DNA from: Candidatus Latescibacterota bacterium | Lineage (GTDB): Bacteria > Latescibacterota > UBA2968 | Assembly: GCA_965207885.1 (NCBI GenBank) | Contig: OZ242311.1 | Location: 672,001 to 736,000 of the forward strand | Direction: 5' to 3' | DNA length: 64,000 nt | Shown: positions 12,401 to 21,788 of the stretch, in pieces | Position numbering within the stretch: the first letter of the stretch is position 1 | Layout: each line of letters starts with the position of its first letter | Made by a program: the position numbers and the translations under genes | The notes under the pieces: generated by a model | What the model was told of the DNA's origin: nothing | The model's input: only the letters and a program-made list of their open reading frames with translations | Databases searched by the model: none

Positions 12401-13353
12401 GCGTAGCGCTGTAGCGCACTTTCGCTTTTGCCGAGTTTGCGTTTTGCATTTGCACTTCCCAACAGGGCTTGTTGGCGACGGGTGTTGTTCGGTATTGTTC
12501 CGAGGGCGTTGTTATAGGTTTTTTCAGCGCTTGCCCAGTCGTTTTTGCCGGCGTGCCACGCGCCTGTGATGAGGTGCGAGTTCTGGGCGGCGGGTGTTGC
12601 GGGATATCTGGCGCGCAGGTTTGCAAAGATGCGTTCTGCTTCCGAGAGGTTGTCGCGCGATAGGGCGATGTTGCCCATTTCGAGGAGGGCGTCGGGTTTG
12701 CGTTTTGCGGGACCGGGACGTTCGGCGAGGGTGCGAAATTGCACGAGGGCTTCTTCGGTGCGCGATTCTTCGAGTAAGACGCTGCCCAGGTTGAAGGTGG
12801 CTTCGTTGATCAGAGGCGATTTGGGATATTGTTCGACGAGTTGGCGAAAGGCCGCGCCCGCTTCTGATAAGGCACCGCCTTTGTGGTAGTTCTCGCCAGC
12901 GGATAGGAGGTCCTGCGGCGCATTTGTCGAGGCGGGATAGGCCGCGTGTACATCGCGATAGGCCGCACCTGCTCGGGTGTGTTCTCCAAGTTGGCTGAGT
13001 GCATTGGCGCGTGCGCGCATTGCATTACCTACTTCGATGTGGGTGGCGTAGCGGTCGATGAATTGCTGAAAGGCTTCGAGTGCGAGGTCGTATTGTTCGG
13101 CTCTGGCAAGCGCCAATCCAACGCGCAGCATAGCATCGGGCAGTCGCTTGCTGGCGGGAAAGTTGATGATGAATTGCTTGTATTCCCGCGCGGCATCGGC
13201 ATAGAGTCCATCGTCGAAGATCCGAGTGGCGAGTTCGTAATGGGCGTTTTCATCCTGGGTCCCCTGCGCACAGAGGTGGGATGAGATGCCGAGGAGGAGG
13301 ATGCAAAATGCAGTGGTGATACCACGGGTTAATGTGTTTATAATAAGGATCAT
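9421..13353 (-). CDS. Large exported tetratricopeptide-repeat protein (BamD/CpoB-like repeats)
   Basis: Signal peptide; many YP-x-S-type TPR units; acidic low-complexity insertion at about 11430-11700. Confidence 0.85.
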   Translation of the reverse strand: MILIINTLTRGITTAFCILLLGISSHLCAQGTQDENAHYELATRIFDDGLYADAAREYKQFIINFPASKRLPDAMLRVGLALARAEQYDLALEAFQQFIDRYATHIEVGNAMRARANALSQLGEHTRAGAAYRDVHAAYPASTNAPQDLLSAGENYHKGGALSEAGAAFRQLVEQYPKSPLINEATFNLGSVLLEESRTEEALVQFRTLAERPGPAKRKPDALLEMGNIALSRDNLSEAERIFANLRARYPATPAAQNSHLITGAWHAGKNDWASAEKTYNNALGTIPNNTRRQQALLGSANAKRKLGKSESALQRYAAFLRTYPKSPFHAHALIGYGRTFADLKNYRNALDAFKSLQEKYPDTDISIQAYGDIGNLWRALGTHQKALSAYQTYLTRIQSPIEKARARLLIAQICEDLHWHDLAAENYRTLINSPIAHYAAEGQYGLARVFEKTGETARALREYRIYIKNHGDASRAETAETRIQILTEFGTTTDRDRIWVELIATLPGIADDAHTQLKLGKTFYNQKHYNRAITHLETALTARGIPPSAYEHILVEETDKTPENTPATTSDDTLALAAEAARAAEAALALSDGQTQGDMRDGTSEDIPAEGPSDTSDDTSNNDTSPDDDTPIPNESAFGNAPSWASEAYYLLGNSYLKQARRATLENKSPDEWQNKGLTTLKILIQKFPDNDHTKDAALAVIHTETAHIQPDTLRAQTRLSAYRAYRKTHANSPALLLRIADAHFSNTHIDSALSLYLQVQKNASNPTHSEKATYGIGLCQAQQQQHARAEETLKNFLFNYPQSDLSSHAQFQLGRILLDREFYASAAEAFSELLSASPSLALQRSARSLLSESHHRLGNYQRAIEIDERLITHNTTPQLLRRLAESYAQNNQRDKAITTYNMYLRKYPQAPDADSIAYTRAEHLTHLNRTSEALTAFREFSKKYPDSPLGTQADQSVGDLLFQTEKYAQAIAAYQRIPEPARNETMAAREVLSLYRLRRISEANKAAGQFKKTYKTATEWVARFEVEKGKYQLAVKNPKKARQIFQDISKKYARTEAEADARYYIIRAYRDEGPDKDGNNEPYLNALGTFIKNYPDSPHWVDANLELAAFWERNEEYNLSARAYRNAIEKGVAKSEKPGILHKLAKNYSNLNAYDLAINFARQLIREFPQDRLALSARIDIGTIYLPNKGDHERAIAELRPLLKLVTVEGEKASVQYSIAENYFELADYDNALREFLILRYNQNAGPMWIASAQMKIADCYAAQNNIAQAIQELEAIKRSHGVASIYGIEAEKRIQQIKTQSESGFTR

Positions 13354-13355
13354 GA

Positions 13356-13447
13356 AAAGTGTGAAGGTTGAAGGTTGAAGTGTGAACAACCGTAGGGGCG
13401 AGGCATGCCTCGCCCGTCATCGCGGCAGGGTGTAAGCCGCGATCCAG
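13356..13447 (+). repeat. Composite repeat: GAAGTGT-like heptamers, GTAG-type REP and family A palindrome
   Basis: GAAGTGTGAACAACC-GTAGGGGCGAGGCATGCCTCGCCC-GTCATCGCGG...CCGCGATCCAG. Confidence 0.8.
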
Positions 13448-13504
13448 TGGTTTTGAGGTTTTTGTCCTGCCTCCCGAATGTATCACATTTTACAAAAGGC
13501 GTCA

Positions 13505-14371
13505 ATGGGAGATAGTGTTTTGAAAATTGTCGAATACGCATATGCAAAGCTCAATTTGGGGCTGAAGATTCTCGGGCGGCGCAGCGATGGGTTTCACAAT
13601 ATTTTATCGGTTTTTCAGACTGTGGATCTGTGCGATCGCCTCGTTTTTGAGCCAGCGGGACAGGGGCAGATTATTTTGTCGTGCGACGATGCGGATTTGC
13701 CCACTGGTCCAGAAAATCTGGTCTATAAGGCGGTTCTGGCGTTTCGGTCTTATACGGGGATGGATCACGGGGTTGAGGTTGTGATAGAGAAGCGGATTCC
13801 GATGGCGGCGGGTTTGGGCGGGGGGAGTTCAGATGCAGCGGCTGTGTTGCGGGTTTTGAATCGGGCGTGGGAAGCGGGTCTTTCAGGTGGAGAATTGCGC
13901 GAGATAGGCGCGACTTTGGGGTCCGATGTGCCGTTTTTTGTGCGGCAAAAGGGTACGGCAGTGGTTTCGGGGCGGGGAGAGATTATGCGGTATGTGCCGT
14001 GGTCTGCAGATGTGGCTTATGTGCTGGTTTGTCCGGGGTTCCAGGTGCATACGGGCTGGGCGTTTGCGAATTATAAAAAGACCTTGACAGGGCATGGTGA
14101 ATATGATAGCTTCATTAATTCTGTAAAAGATTTGCCTGTTTCGGGTTTTTGGGGGCGTATTGAGAATGATTTTCTGTCTCTTATCGTTCAATCGCATCCG
14201 GAAACGCGCGATATTTTGTCGCGGTTGACAGATGCCGGCGCGATCGTTGCGTCGATGTCTGGCAGCGGTTCTACGCTGTACGGTGTTTTTGAGTCTCGAG
14301 ATGTTGCCGAGGCTGTTTGGGCAGGGTTTAAAGCCGATCAGTTTCGGGCGTTTTTGTGTTGTCCGGTTTGA
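13505..14371 (+). CDS. ispE: 4-diphosphocytidyl-2-C-methyl-D-erythritol kinase
   Basis: AKLNLGL, GFH, KRIPMAAGLGGGSSDAA, LGSDVPFF, MSGSGST. Confidence 0.96.
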   Translation: MGDSVLKIVEYAYAKLNLGLKILGRRSDGFHNILSVFQTVDLCDRLVFEPAGQGQIILSCDDADLPTGPENLVYKAVLAFRSYTGMDHGVEVVIEKRIPMAAGLGGGSSDAAAVLRVLNRAWEAGLSGGELREIGATLGSDVPFFVRQKGTAVVSGRGEIMRYVPWSADVAYVLVCPGFQVHTGWAFANYKKTLTGHGEYDSFINSVKDLPVSGFWGRIENDFLSLIVQSHPETRDILSRLTDAGAIVASMSGSGSTLYGVFESRDVAEAVWAGFKADQFRAFLCCPV

Positions 14372-14376
14372 TTTAC

Positions 14377-14456
14377 GTAGGGGCGGTGCCTGTATAGAGG
14401 CATTACGGGGCAGGCTCCAGGGTGTCATCGCGGTATGGTGTTGAGCCGCGATCCAG
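14377..14456 (+). repeat. Composite repeat: truncated GTAG REP, family C hairpin, family A palindrome
   Basis: GTAGGGGCGGTG-CCTGTATAGAGGCATTACGGGGCAGG-...-GTCATCGCGG...CCGCGATCCAG. Confidence 0.75.
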
Positions 14457-14474
14457 AAGATTTTGGAGAATATC

Positions 14475-15191
14475 ATGTCCGATCAAGTTTCTCTCAATGT
14501 AGATGTTCGCACGGAAGCTGGCAAGAAGGTCGCCAAAAAGTTGCGCTTTCGCGGTCAATTGCCCGCGGTTGTCTATGGCGAAGGTGCCGAGTCTGTTGCC
14601 TGTTCCGTGGATCAGCGCAGGTTGACGGATTTGTTGAAGGCGCACGGTCGCAATGCCATTATTTCGCTGAGTGCGGGCGATACAAGCCAGAGTACGATTA
14701 TTAAGGATATTCAGTATCATCCCGTGCGCGATGAGATTTTACATGTGGATTTTCACCGCATTGATTTGACGCGCAAGATTGTGGTTGAGGTGCCCCTTCA
14801 CGCTACGGGGTCGGCTGTTGGCGTGCGGATTGGCGAGGGGATTCTGGAACAGATGTTGCACGATCTCGAGGTCGAGTGCCTGCCCACAGAGATCCCCGAT
14901 CATATTGAAATCGATGTGTCGGATCTGGATATCGGCGATTCGCTGCACGTTTCGGATATTGTCGTGGATGGCGATGATTTTTCTATTGTGACGGATAGCG
15001 ACCGCACGATTTTTGCGGTGGCTGCGCCCTCGCTTGTTATTGAAGAGGAAGAGGAAGAGGCGGACGAAGAAGGATTGGTCGCTGAGGGCGAAGAAGGCGC
15101 TGAGGGCGAAGAAGGCGCAGAAATGCAGGAGCCAGAGCTTATTGAGCGCGGCAGACGCAGCCGCGATGACGAAGAAGGCGATGAGTCGTAG
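14475..15191 (+). CDS. rplY: 50S ribosomal protein L25/general stress protein Ctc
   Basis: LPAVVYG, IQYHPV..ILHVDF, C-terminal beta domain, acidic tail. Confidence 0.96.
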   Translation: MSDQVSLNVDVRTEAGKKVAKKLRFRGQLPAVVYGEGAESVACSVDQRRLTDLLKAHGRNAIISLSAGDTSQSTIIKDIQYHPVRDEILHVDFHRIDLTRKIVVEVPLHATGSAVGVRIGEGILEQMLHDLEVECLPTEIPDHIEIDVSDLDIGDSLHVSDIVVDGDDFSIVTDSDRTIFAVAAPSLVIEEEEEEADEEGLVAEGEEGAEGEEGAEMQEPELIERGRRSRDDEEGDES

Positions 15192-15738
15192 TGTAAAGGC
15201 GATTGTGGGGTTGGGCAATCCGGGCGCGCGCTATGCACAGACGCGCCACAATGTGGGGTTTTGGGTGGTTGATGCGCTGGGCAAAGATGCACTATGGCAT
15301 GCATTTGAATTTTGTACGTGGTGCAGGTTTTCAGATGATCTGGTGCTGGCCAAGCCGCTGACGTATATGAATAAGAGCGGTTTGGGTGTGGCGGAAATTG
15401 TGCGGTGTTTTCAGGTTGCACGGGCAGATGTTCTGGTGGTGGTTGACGATGTGCATATAGATTTGGGTCGGTTGCGCTTTCGGCGCGCGGGCAGTCACGG
15501 TGGGCACAATGGTTTGCGGTCTGTTGAATGCGCGTTGGGGGCTGCAGATTTTCCGCGGTTGCGCATCGGTGTTGGGCAACCCACCCGGTTGGATGGCATG
15601 ATTGATTACGTGTTGGGTAAATTTACATTCGAAGATCGGGATGTGATTACAGATGCGGTTGGGCAAGCGGTTAACGGCGCGCTTTGCTGGGCAAGAGAAG
15701 GTATTGAACGGGCGATGAATCAGTATAATAAGAAGTGA
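15181..15738 (+). CDS. pth: Peptidyl-tRNA hydrolase
   Basis: IVGLGNPG, TRHNVGF, KPLTYMNKSG, GSHGGHNGL, RLRIGVG. Confidence 0.96.
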   Translation: MSRSVKAIVGLGNPGARYAQTRHNVGFWVVDALGKDALWHAFEFCTWCRFSDDLVLAKPLTYMNKSGLGVAEIVRCFQVARADVLVVVDDVHIDLGRLRFRRAGSHGGHNGLRSVECALGAADFPRLRIGVGQPTRLDGMIDYVLGKFTFEDRDVITDAVGQAVNGALCWAREGIERAMNQYNKK

Positions 15739-15751
15739 GCGGGTCTCACAC

Positions 15752-15853
15752 GAGCGGGGTACAACTGGCTGTCTCTCAGGCCAGTTCAAGACACAAAGAC
15801 ACAAGGACGATAAAGGCGTTCGTCATTGCGGCAGGGTTTAAGCCGCAATCCAG
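15752..15853 (+). repeat. GAGCGGNGTACAACTG...CAGTTCAA hairpin (15752-15789) and family A palindrome (15822-15853)
   Basis: Hairpin motif recurs at 58792-58821; GTCATTGCGGC...AGCCGCAATCCAG. Confidence 0.7.
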
Positions 15854-15877
15854 GGGTTTTGTTGTTATTGCGCGTGG

Positions 15878-17896
15878 ATGGGTTTGGAGTTCTTTATGAT
15901 TGTGATTTTGGCACCTGTGCTGGGCGTGGTTGGGCTGGTTTGCGCTGGTTTGATTTATCTCTATGTTGCCAGACAATCAGAGGGCACAGAGCTGATGCGG
16001 GAGATCGCGGCGGATATCGAGGATGGTGCCGTGACCTTTTTGAAGCGCGAATACAGCGTGCTCGCCGTTTTTATTGTGCTGGTGTTTGCGCTGGTGTACT
16101 GGGGTATCAATTTGCCCACGGCCATATCTTTTTTGGGCGGCGCGCTTTGTTCGCTTGGCGCGGGTTTTATCGGGATGAAGGCGGCGACCAAGGCGAATGT
16201 GCGGACGGCTTATGCCGCCAGTCAAAGTGGGCGGGATAAGGCGTTGAATGTCGCGTTTTCCGGCGGGGCAGTGATGGGACTATCTGTGGCAAGTCTGGGG
16301 CTTTTTGGCGTGGGCTTGCTTTTTTATTTTTACGGCAAACCCGATCAGGCGGCTATGATTAATGGTTTTGCTATGGGTGCGAGTTCTATTGCGCTCTTTG
16401 CCCGGGTTGGGGGGGGTATTTATACCAAGACGGCAGATGTGGGGGCGGATCTGGTGGGTAAGGTGGAGGCCGGGATACCGGAGGACGATCCGAGAAACCC
16501 AGCTGTTATTGCAGACCATGTGGGCGATAATGTGGGCGATGTGGCGGGGATGGGTGCGGATATTTTTGAGTCTTATGTGGGGTCTATTATTGCGACGATT
16601 GCGATTGCGGCAACGGCTGGTGGCGCGGCATTGGTCACGTTGGGAGGCGATTCGGGCATGGTGCGGGTCGCGGCGATGCAATATCCGCTTGTCGTGGTTA
16701 TGATCGGTTTGTTGGCGTCGATGATCGGCGTGGGGTCTATTCGCATTTTGCAGTCTTTAAGTCCAGATGCAGCGCTGCGCTACGCCACGTATATTTCCGC
16801 TCTTTTGATGCTTGTTGGATCTTTTTTTGCCGCGGAATATCTCGGTTTGGCTCGCGGGGTGTTTTGGGCTATTCTCTTTGGTTGTCTCGTCGGTATTGCC
16901 ATTGCGCTGATGACGGAGTACTACACGGGCGGGGCACCTGTTAAGCGCATTGCCCATTCTTCGGAGACGGGATCGGCGACCAATATGATCGCGGGTCTGG
17001 CAGTGGGGATGGAGAGTACGACGTTGCCGATTTTGGGGATTTGTGTTGCTATTGCAGGGTCGTTTCACTTTGCGGGATTGTACGGTATTGGCATTGCCGC
17101 TGTGGGTATGTTATCGACTGTGGGCGTTACGATGGCGGTGGATGCTTATGGTCCAATTGCCGATAATGCGGGCGGTATTTCCGAGATGGCCCATTTGGGT
17201 CCGGAGACGCGCGAGATTACCGATGAGCTGGACTCGCTCGGGAATACGACGGCGGCGATTGGTAAGGGGTTTGCGATTGGTTCTGCTGCGCTGACTGCGC
17301 TGGCGCTGTTTTCCGCGTATTCGGCGGCTGTGGGGATCGATTCTATTAATTTGACCAAGCCCCTGGTTGTGATTGGTCTGTTTTTGGGCGGTGGTGTGCC
17401 TTTTTGCGTGGCGGCACTGACGATGACGAGTGTGGGCAATGCGGCGTTTAAGATGGTTGAAGAGGTGCGTCGGCAGTTCCGCGAGATTCCAGGGCTGATG
17501 GAGGGGACGGGCAAGCCGGATACGCGCCGCTGTGTGGATATCAGTTCTGTGGCGGCTTTGCGCGAGATGGTGGTGCCCGGTCTGGTGGCTGTGTTGACGC
17601 CGGTGCTGGTTGGCTTTTTTCTGGGGGCAGAGGCGCTGGGCGGTATGCTGGCGGGGGCGACGGTGTCGGGTGTGTTGCTGGCGCTGATGATGGCGAATAG
17701 CGGGGGTGCGCTGGATAATGCGAAGAAGTTGATTGAGGGGGGCAATTTGGGCGGTAAGGGGTCCGAGGCTCACAAGGCAGCCGTGGTTGGCGATACGGTT
17801 GGCGATCCCTTAAAAGATACGTCTGGTCCCGCGTTGAATATTTTGATTAAGTTGATGTCGGTGGTTTCACTGATGCTGGCACCTTTGCTGGCGTGA
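15878..17896 (+). CDS. hppA: Membrane-bound ion-translocating pyrophosphatase, K+-dependent type (probably Na+-PPase)
   Basis: [37 protein letters not shown] (Ala marks K+-dependent class), [14 protein letters not shown]. Confidence 0.95.
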   Translation: MGLEFFMIVILAPVLGVVGLVCAGLIYLYVARQSEGTELMREIAADIEDGAVTFLKREYSVLAVFIVLVFALVYWGINLPTAISFLGGALCSLGAGFIGMKAATKANVRTAYAASQSGRDKALNVAFSGGAVMGLSVASLGLFGVGLLFYFYGKPDQAAMINGFAMGASSIALFARVGGGIYTKTADVGADLVGKVEAGIPEDDPRNPAVIADHVGDNVGDVAGMGADIFESYVGSIIATIAIAATAGGAALVTLGGDSGMVRVAAMQYPLVVVMIGLLASMIGVGSIRILQSLSPDAALRYATYISALLMLVGSFFAAEYLGLARGVFWAILFGCLVGIAIALMTEYYTGGAPVKRIAHSSETGSATNMIAGLAVGMESTTLPILGICVAIAGSFHFAGLYGIGIAAVGMLSTVGVTMAVDAYGPIADNAGGISEMAHLGPETREITDELDSLGNTTAAIGKGFAIGSAALTALALFSAYSAAVGIDSINLTKPLVVIGLFLGGGVPFCVAALTMTSVGNAAFKMVEEVRRQFREIPGLMEGTGKPDTRRCVDISSVAALREMVVPGLVAVLTPVLVGFFLGAEALGGMLAGATVSGVLLALMMANSGGALDNAKKLIEGGNLGGKGSEAHKAAVVGDTVGDPLKDTSGPALNILIKLMSVVSLMLAPLLA

Positions 17897-17990
17897 CCCC
17901 GTATAAGAGCATTACGGGGCAGGCTGCTATTGTCATTGCGGCATGGTCCCGTATAGAGTCACTACGGGACATGCTTAAGCCGCAATCCAG
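17897..17990 (+). repeat. Family C hairpin plus family A palindrome (17932-17990) with a family C hairpin nested in its loop
   Basis: CCCCGTA...TACGGGGCAGG; GTCATTGCGGC-atg[gtcccgtatagagtcactacgggac]atgctt-AAGCCGCAATCCAG. Confidence 0.8.
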
Positions 17991-18035
17991 GATTTTGTTT
18001 TAAGGTTGTCTTTATAGAAGGTTCGCGTTTTTCAC

Positions 18036-18082
18036 AACCCCGTTCAGAACACGGTTTTCTGAACCATACGTCCATGGGGGAT
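18036..18082 (+). promoter_or_regulatory. Putative S6:S18 ribosomal protein leader RNA
   Basis: CCCC motif followed by GTTCAGAA/TTCTGAAC hairpin, with the C-run able to pair with the G-rich RBS of rpsF. Confidence 0.45.
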
Positions 18083-18087
18083 AGTTT

Positions 18088-18432
18088 ATGTCACGAGATT
18101 ACGAGATGGCTTTGATTGTCGATACGCAGGTCGATGCGGACGCGACGATTGATCGCTATGCGTCGTTGCTCGCCGATCAGGGCGCTGCGGTGGTCAATGT
18201 TGACCGCTGGGGCGTGCGCAGGCTCGCTTATGAGATTCAAAAGCGGCAGCAGGGCGACTATACATTTTTTTATTTTCAGGCCGATCCGGGCGCGATTGCA
18301 GATGTCGAGCGGGCGTGCCGTTTGGATGAGGATGTTTTGCGGCATCTGATTCTTCAGACTGATATTCCTCCTCAGGTGGAGGAAGAAGAGGATGCTGAAG
18401 AGGTTTCAGTAGAGGAGGACGGCGATGAATAG
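18088..18432 (+). CDS. rpsF: 30S ribosomal protein S6
   Basis: [21 protein letters not shown]. Confidence 0.96.
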   Translation: MSRDYEMALIVDTQVDADATIDRYASLLADQGAAVVNVDRWGVRRLAYEIQKRQQGDYTFFYFQADPGAIADVERACRLDEDVLRHLILQTDIPPQVEEEEDAEEVSVEEDGDE

Positions 18433-18676
18433 AGGACGTTTGAAAATTTGCCATATTTGCGAGGGTCATTCAAGGGCTTGCCATTTTAAAGCACACCGTT
18501 TGGATGTTCACTATAAGAATGATCGTTTGTTGCGCCGGTTTGTTACAGAGCGCGGGAAAATTGTTCCGCGGCGTATGACGGGTACGTGTGCAAAGGGGCA
18601 GCGCGCATTGGTGCGCGCGATTAAGCGCGCCCGCTTTCTCGCGCTTATGCCTTATGTGAATGATTCGGTTCGGTGA
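18425..18676 (+). CDS. rpsR: 30S ribosomal protein S18
   Basis: [22 protein letters not shown]...QR....AIKRAR. Confidence 0.96.
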   Translation: MNRGRLKICHICEGHSRACHFKAHRLDVHYKNDRLLRRFVTERGKIVPRRMTGTCAKGQRALVRAIKRARFLALMPYVNDSVR

Positions 18677-18690
18677 GATAGGATTACACG

Positions 18691-19134
18691 ATGAAAATTA
18701 TTCTTACAGCAGATGTGGATACGCTGGGCAATGCTGGCGATGTGGTGGAGGTGAAGGATGGGTACGCGCGAAATTTTTTGCTGCCGCGCTCGGTGGCGTT
18801 GATTGCAAATGAGCGCAATATGGCGGTGTACGAGAAGGTGCGCCAGCAACGCGAAGCCCAACAAGCCCGTGAAACGCGCGATGCCGAGTCTCTGGCAGAG
18901 GCTCTGAAAGAGGTTTCGTGCAATGTGGCTGTCAAGGCAGGCGAAGAGGATCGCATTTTTGGATCGGTGACAGCACAGCAAATAGCAGTCGCGCTCAGTG
19001 ACCTGGGGTTCGATATTGATCGTCGAGACATAGAACTCGAAGAGCCAATTCGAGCACTGGGGGTATATGATGTGCCCATCCGACTTTATGCGGGGGTTGT
19101 GGTGTCTGTGAAGGTTTGGGTGGTTAGAGAGTAG
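18691..19134 (+). CDS. rplI: 50S ribosomal protein L9
   Basis: LGNAGDVVEVKDGYARNFLLP, IFGSVT. Confidence 0.97.
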   Translation: MKIILTADVDTLGNAGDVVEVKDGYARNFLLPRSVALIANERNMAVYEKVRQQREAQQARETRDAESLAEALKEVSCNVAVKAGEEDRIFGSVTAQQIAVALSDLGFDIDRRDIELEEPIRALGVYDVPIRLYAGVVVSVKVWVVRE

Positions 19135-19166
19135 GGAAGTGTGAAGTAGGAAGTAGGAAGTGTGAT

Positions 19167-19206
19167 AAAAAAAACGGAGGACGTTTTCGCGTCCTCCGTT
19201 TTTTTT
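19167..19206. terminator. Bidirectional rho-independent terminator
   Basis: A8-CGGAGGACG-ttttcg-CGTCCTCCG-T8 between convergent rplI and FGE genes. Confidence 0.9.
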
Positions 19207-20152
19207 ATGCATTTCTCGCACATCGAAACCCCAAGTTGCCCGTGGAGCTGTCCGGCGTGTTTGCGCTGCGGGCAGCCACGCGGTATCGGTTGCAGTAGGA
19301 GTCGTGACACAAATAGGAGCCGCCGCGCATGCTTTTCGCCTGTCCGATGGGGGGACCCGTGGGGTTCTTTGCGGTGCTTTTGAGGTGGAAGGTGGGGCTG
19401 AACCAGTCGCTGCACCATTCCCAGACGTTGCCCGAGATGTTGTAGATGCCGTAGTTGTTGGGGGGGAAGGATGTGACGGGTGCGGTGCCGATGTGTCCGT
19501 CTGCCCGGGTGTTTTGTTCGGGGAATGTGCCCTGCCAGATGTTGCACATGTGTTTGCCATTGGGTTCGAGGTCGTCGCCCCAGGGGTAGCGCATGCTTTT
19601 TAAGCCGCCCCGTGCGGCAAATTCCCATTCGGCTTCTGTGGGCAGGCGTTTTCCCGCCCAGTTGCAATAGGCGATCGCGTCGTTCCACGAGATGTGGATC
19701 GCGGGGTGATGCCAGCGGTTGTTGATATTTGTGCGGGGTCCTTCGGGGCGGTGCCAGCAGGCGCTGTCAACAGCAAACCACCAGGGGGTATCGACGACGG
19801 TTTGCGAGATGTGCGAGGCGGTGTTGGAGGGGACAAAGAGGTGGAAGACAAAGGACCAGCCAAAGCGTTCGGCTTCGGTTTTGTACGCGGTTGCGCGGAC
19901 GAATTTGGCAAAGTCGGCGTTGGTGACGGCACACTCATCGAGGTAAAAGGGATCGACTGTGGCTTCGCGCACGGGTCCTTCGCCGTCTTCTGCAAAGCCT
20001 TCGTTGCCATCTGTTCCCATGAGAAAGGTGCCGCCCGAGAGGCGTACCATGCCTTTGAGGGATGTATCACTTCTGCGCCGCGTTTTTTGTTTGCGCGTTT
20101 TTCTTTTTTTGGATGAGACAGGTCTGCTCGCACCGCAGCAGGGGGAGGACAT
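19205..20152 (-). CDS. Formylglycine-generating enzyme (SUMF1/FGE family)
   Basis: RLPTEAEWE, GNVWEWC, catalytic RGGSYLCHDSYCNRYRVAAR, NLGFRC. Confidence 0.93.
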   Translation of the reverse strand: MSSPCCGASRPVSSKKRKTRKQKTRRRSDTSLKGMVRLSGGTFLMGTDGNEGFAEDGEGPVREATVDPFYLDECAVTNADFAKFVRATAYKTEAERFGWSFVFHLFVPSNTASHISQTVVDTPWWFAVDSACWHRPEGPRTNINNRWHHPAIHISWNDAIAYCNWAGKRLPTEAEWEFAARGGLKSMRYPWGDDLEPNGKHMCNIWQGTFPEQNTRADGHIGTAPVTSFPPNNYGIYNISGNVWEWCSDWFSPTFHLKSTAKNPTGPPIGQAKSMRGGSYLCHDSYCNRYRVAARSANTPDSSTGNLGFRCARNA

Positions 20153-20266
20153 AGTGATTCTCCTGAGGTTATGGGTTGCGCGAATACGGGTTTAATGATA
20201 CGATGCGACGTGCGGGCTGTCAAGAGAAGGGAGAAGTGTGAAGGGAGAAGTGTAAGAGGGCACCGT

Positions 20267-20744
20267 CGTCATTGCGGCAGGATGTAAGCCGCAATCCAGA
20301 AGGTTTTATCTGCTAAGAGAAGAGAGAAAGGTCATCAACAAAGCCGTCATCGCGGTATGGTTTTGAGCCGCGATCCAGAAGGTTTTATCTGTCCCTTGAG
20401 GTGTTAATAAAGGGGACAGACTATTTCCGCTTGCTTTTTGTCTGTTTATACTTCATTATTTTTAATGAATTCATTAATCCAGAGGTGTCGGGCAAAGCCT
20501 GCACCGCAATGCCTGCCATATAGAATCATTGCCTATGCGGAGGCACTCGTCATCGCGGTATGTATCCCTGCTCAACATCATGCAGAACCTGTCCCGTAGT
20601 GCCTTTATACGGGAGCCTGCCCCGTAGTGCTTTAATACGGGGGGCATGCGTAAGCCGCGATCCAGAAGGTTTTATCTGCTAAGAGAAGAGAGAAAGGTCA
20701 TCAACAAAGCCGTCATCGCGGTATGGTTTTGAGCCGCGATCCAG
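20267..20744 (+). repeat. Cluster of four family A palindromes with nested hairpins and a 94-bp direct repeat
   Basis: Copies at 20267-20299, 20345-20378, 20548-20665 (nested B plus two C), 20711-20744; 20285-20378 matches 20651-20744 with one mismatch. Confidence 0.9.
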
Positions 20745-20756
20745 CGGAATCAACAA

Positions 20757-21044
20757 GTGAATCAACCTTGCGTATATATCATGGCGAGCAAACGCAACGG
20801 AACCCTGTACACTGGCGTTACCTCGAATCTTATCCAACGGGTTTGGCTGCACAAAAATAACCTGGTGGAAGGATTCACGAAGCGTTATAGCATCCACACA
20901 CTGGTTTGGTATGAGGTTCATGAAACAATGCAAAGTGCCATCATGAAGGAGAAGAGGGTGAAGAAATGGAAACGGGTATGGAAGCTTGCATTGATTGAAA
21001 AGAATAATCCAGGATGGCGAGATTTGTACACGGACTTCATCTGA
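20757..21044 (+). CDS. Stand-alone GIY-YIG nuclease family protein
   Basis: VYIMAS..NGTLYTGVTSNL..RV..HK....GFTKRY....LVWYE, EKRVKKWKR.WK..LIE..NP.W.DL. Confidence 0.92.
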   Translation: MNQPCVYIMASKRNGTLYTGVTSNLIQRVWLHKNNLVEGFTKRYSIHTLVWYEVHETMQSAIMKEKRVKKWKRVWKLALIEKNNPGWRDLYTDFI

Positions 21045-21068
21045 CCTTATATTATAAGGATCTTATGA

Positions 21069-21338
21069 ATGGCAAAAACATCAGTCGAAATTCCCGATCA
21101 AAAAATGGCGGAATTGGAAGCCTATAAAGACCGGTTAGGAGAGCTTCTGTTGCTCGGGTTATCTCAGGTCAAAATTCAGGAAGCCCTGTTGCTCTACCAG
21201 CGTGGGCTTATATCAATTGGCAGAGCAGCAGAACTCGCAGATCTAACAGAGCAGGAAATGGTACATCAGGCTCGGATTGTTGGGATCCAACCTCGTTGGA
21301 GTAAAACCCAGGTTCAGGAAGAGATAGTGGAGAATTGA
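21069..21338 (+). CDS. UPF0175 family protein (putative antitoxin)
   Basis: ALLLYQRGLISIGRAAELA motif. Confidence 0.75.
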   Translation: MAKTSVEIPDQKMAELEAYKDRLGELLLLGLSQVKIQEALLLYQRGLISIGRAAELADLTEQEMVHQARIVGIQPRWSKTQVQEEIVEN

Positions 21339-21347
21339 AATTTTTCT

Positions 21348-21545
21348 ATGCCACGTAAAATTAGGGAACTCATTAAAGACCTTGAGGCTGCTGGGTTTGT
21401 AAATCGTGGCGGAAGAGGAAGTCATAGAAAATTTGTTCATTCCAAAGTTTCTAAATCGGTGATCCTTTCCGGTCAACTTGGTGATGATGCAAAACACTAT
21501 CAAGAGAGAGATGTCAAGGTGGCTATTGAGGTATCAAAAAGATGA
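21348..21545 (+). CDS. hicA: HicA family mRNA interferase toxin
   Basis: RELIKDLEAAGF, GRGSHRKFVH. Confidence 0.85.
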   Translation: MPRKIRELIKDLEAAGFVNRGGRGSHRKFVHSKVSKSVILSGQLGDDAKHYQERDVKVAIEVSKR

Positions 21546-21757
21546 AAAAAAGTGCCCGTTACGCGAAAATAGTGGCCTGGTCGAAAGAGGATCAGTGCTA
21601 TGTTGGAAGATGTCCGGGACTATTTTATGGTGGATGTCACGGCGATGACGAGCAAGAGGTGTTTTCAGAATTGTGTCGCATTGTCGAAGATACCATTGAA
21701 TTATACGAGCGAGACCGCAAACCACTGCCAGTACCCGAGATGCTAAGCATTGCCTGA
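21542..21757 (+). CDS. hicB: Short HicB family antitoxin
   Basis: W.KEDQCYVG.CP......HGD, KPLP; 4-nt overlap with hicA; no DNA-binding C-terminal domain. Confidence 0.8.
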   Translation: MKKSARYAKIVAWSKEDQCYVGRCPGLFYGGCHGDDEQEVFSELCRIVEDTIELYERDRKPLPVPEMLSIA

Positions 21758-21788
21758 CTATTTTTTAATTCATATAAGGATTCCTCAC

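Noticed and set aside
14372-14474. tRNA-Gln expected after ispE
   Set aside because: No cloverleaf or T-loop; only palindromic repeats.
20267-20744. CRISPR array
   Set aside because: Irregular spacing, one spacer duplicated, variable loops, copies dispersed, no cas genes.
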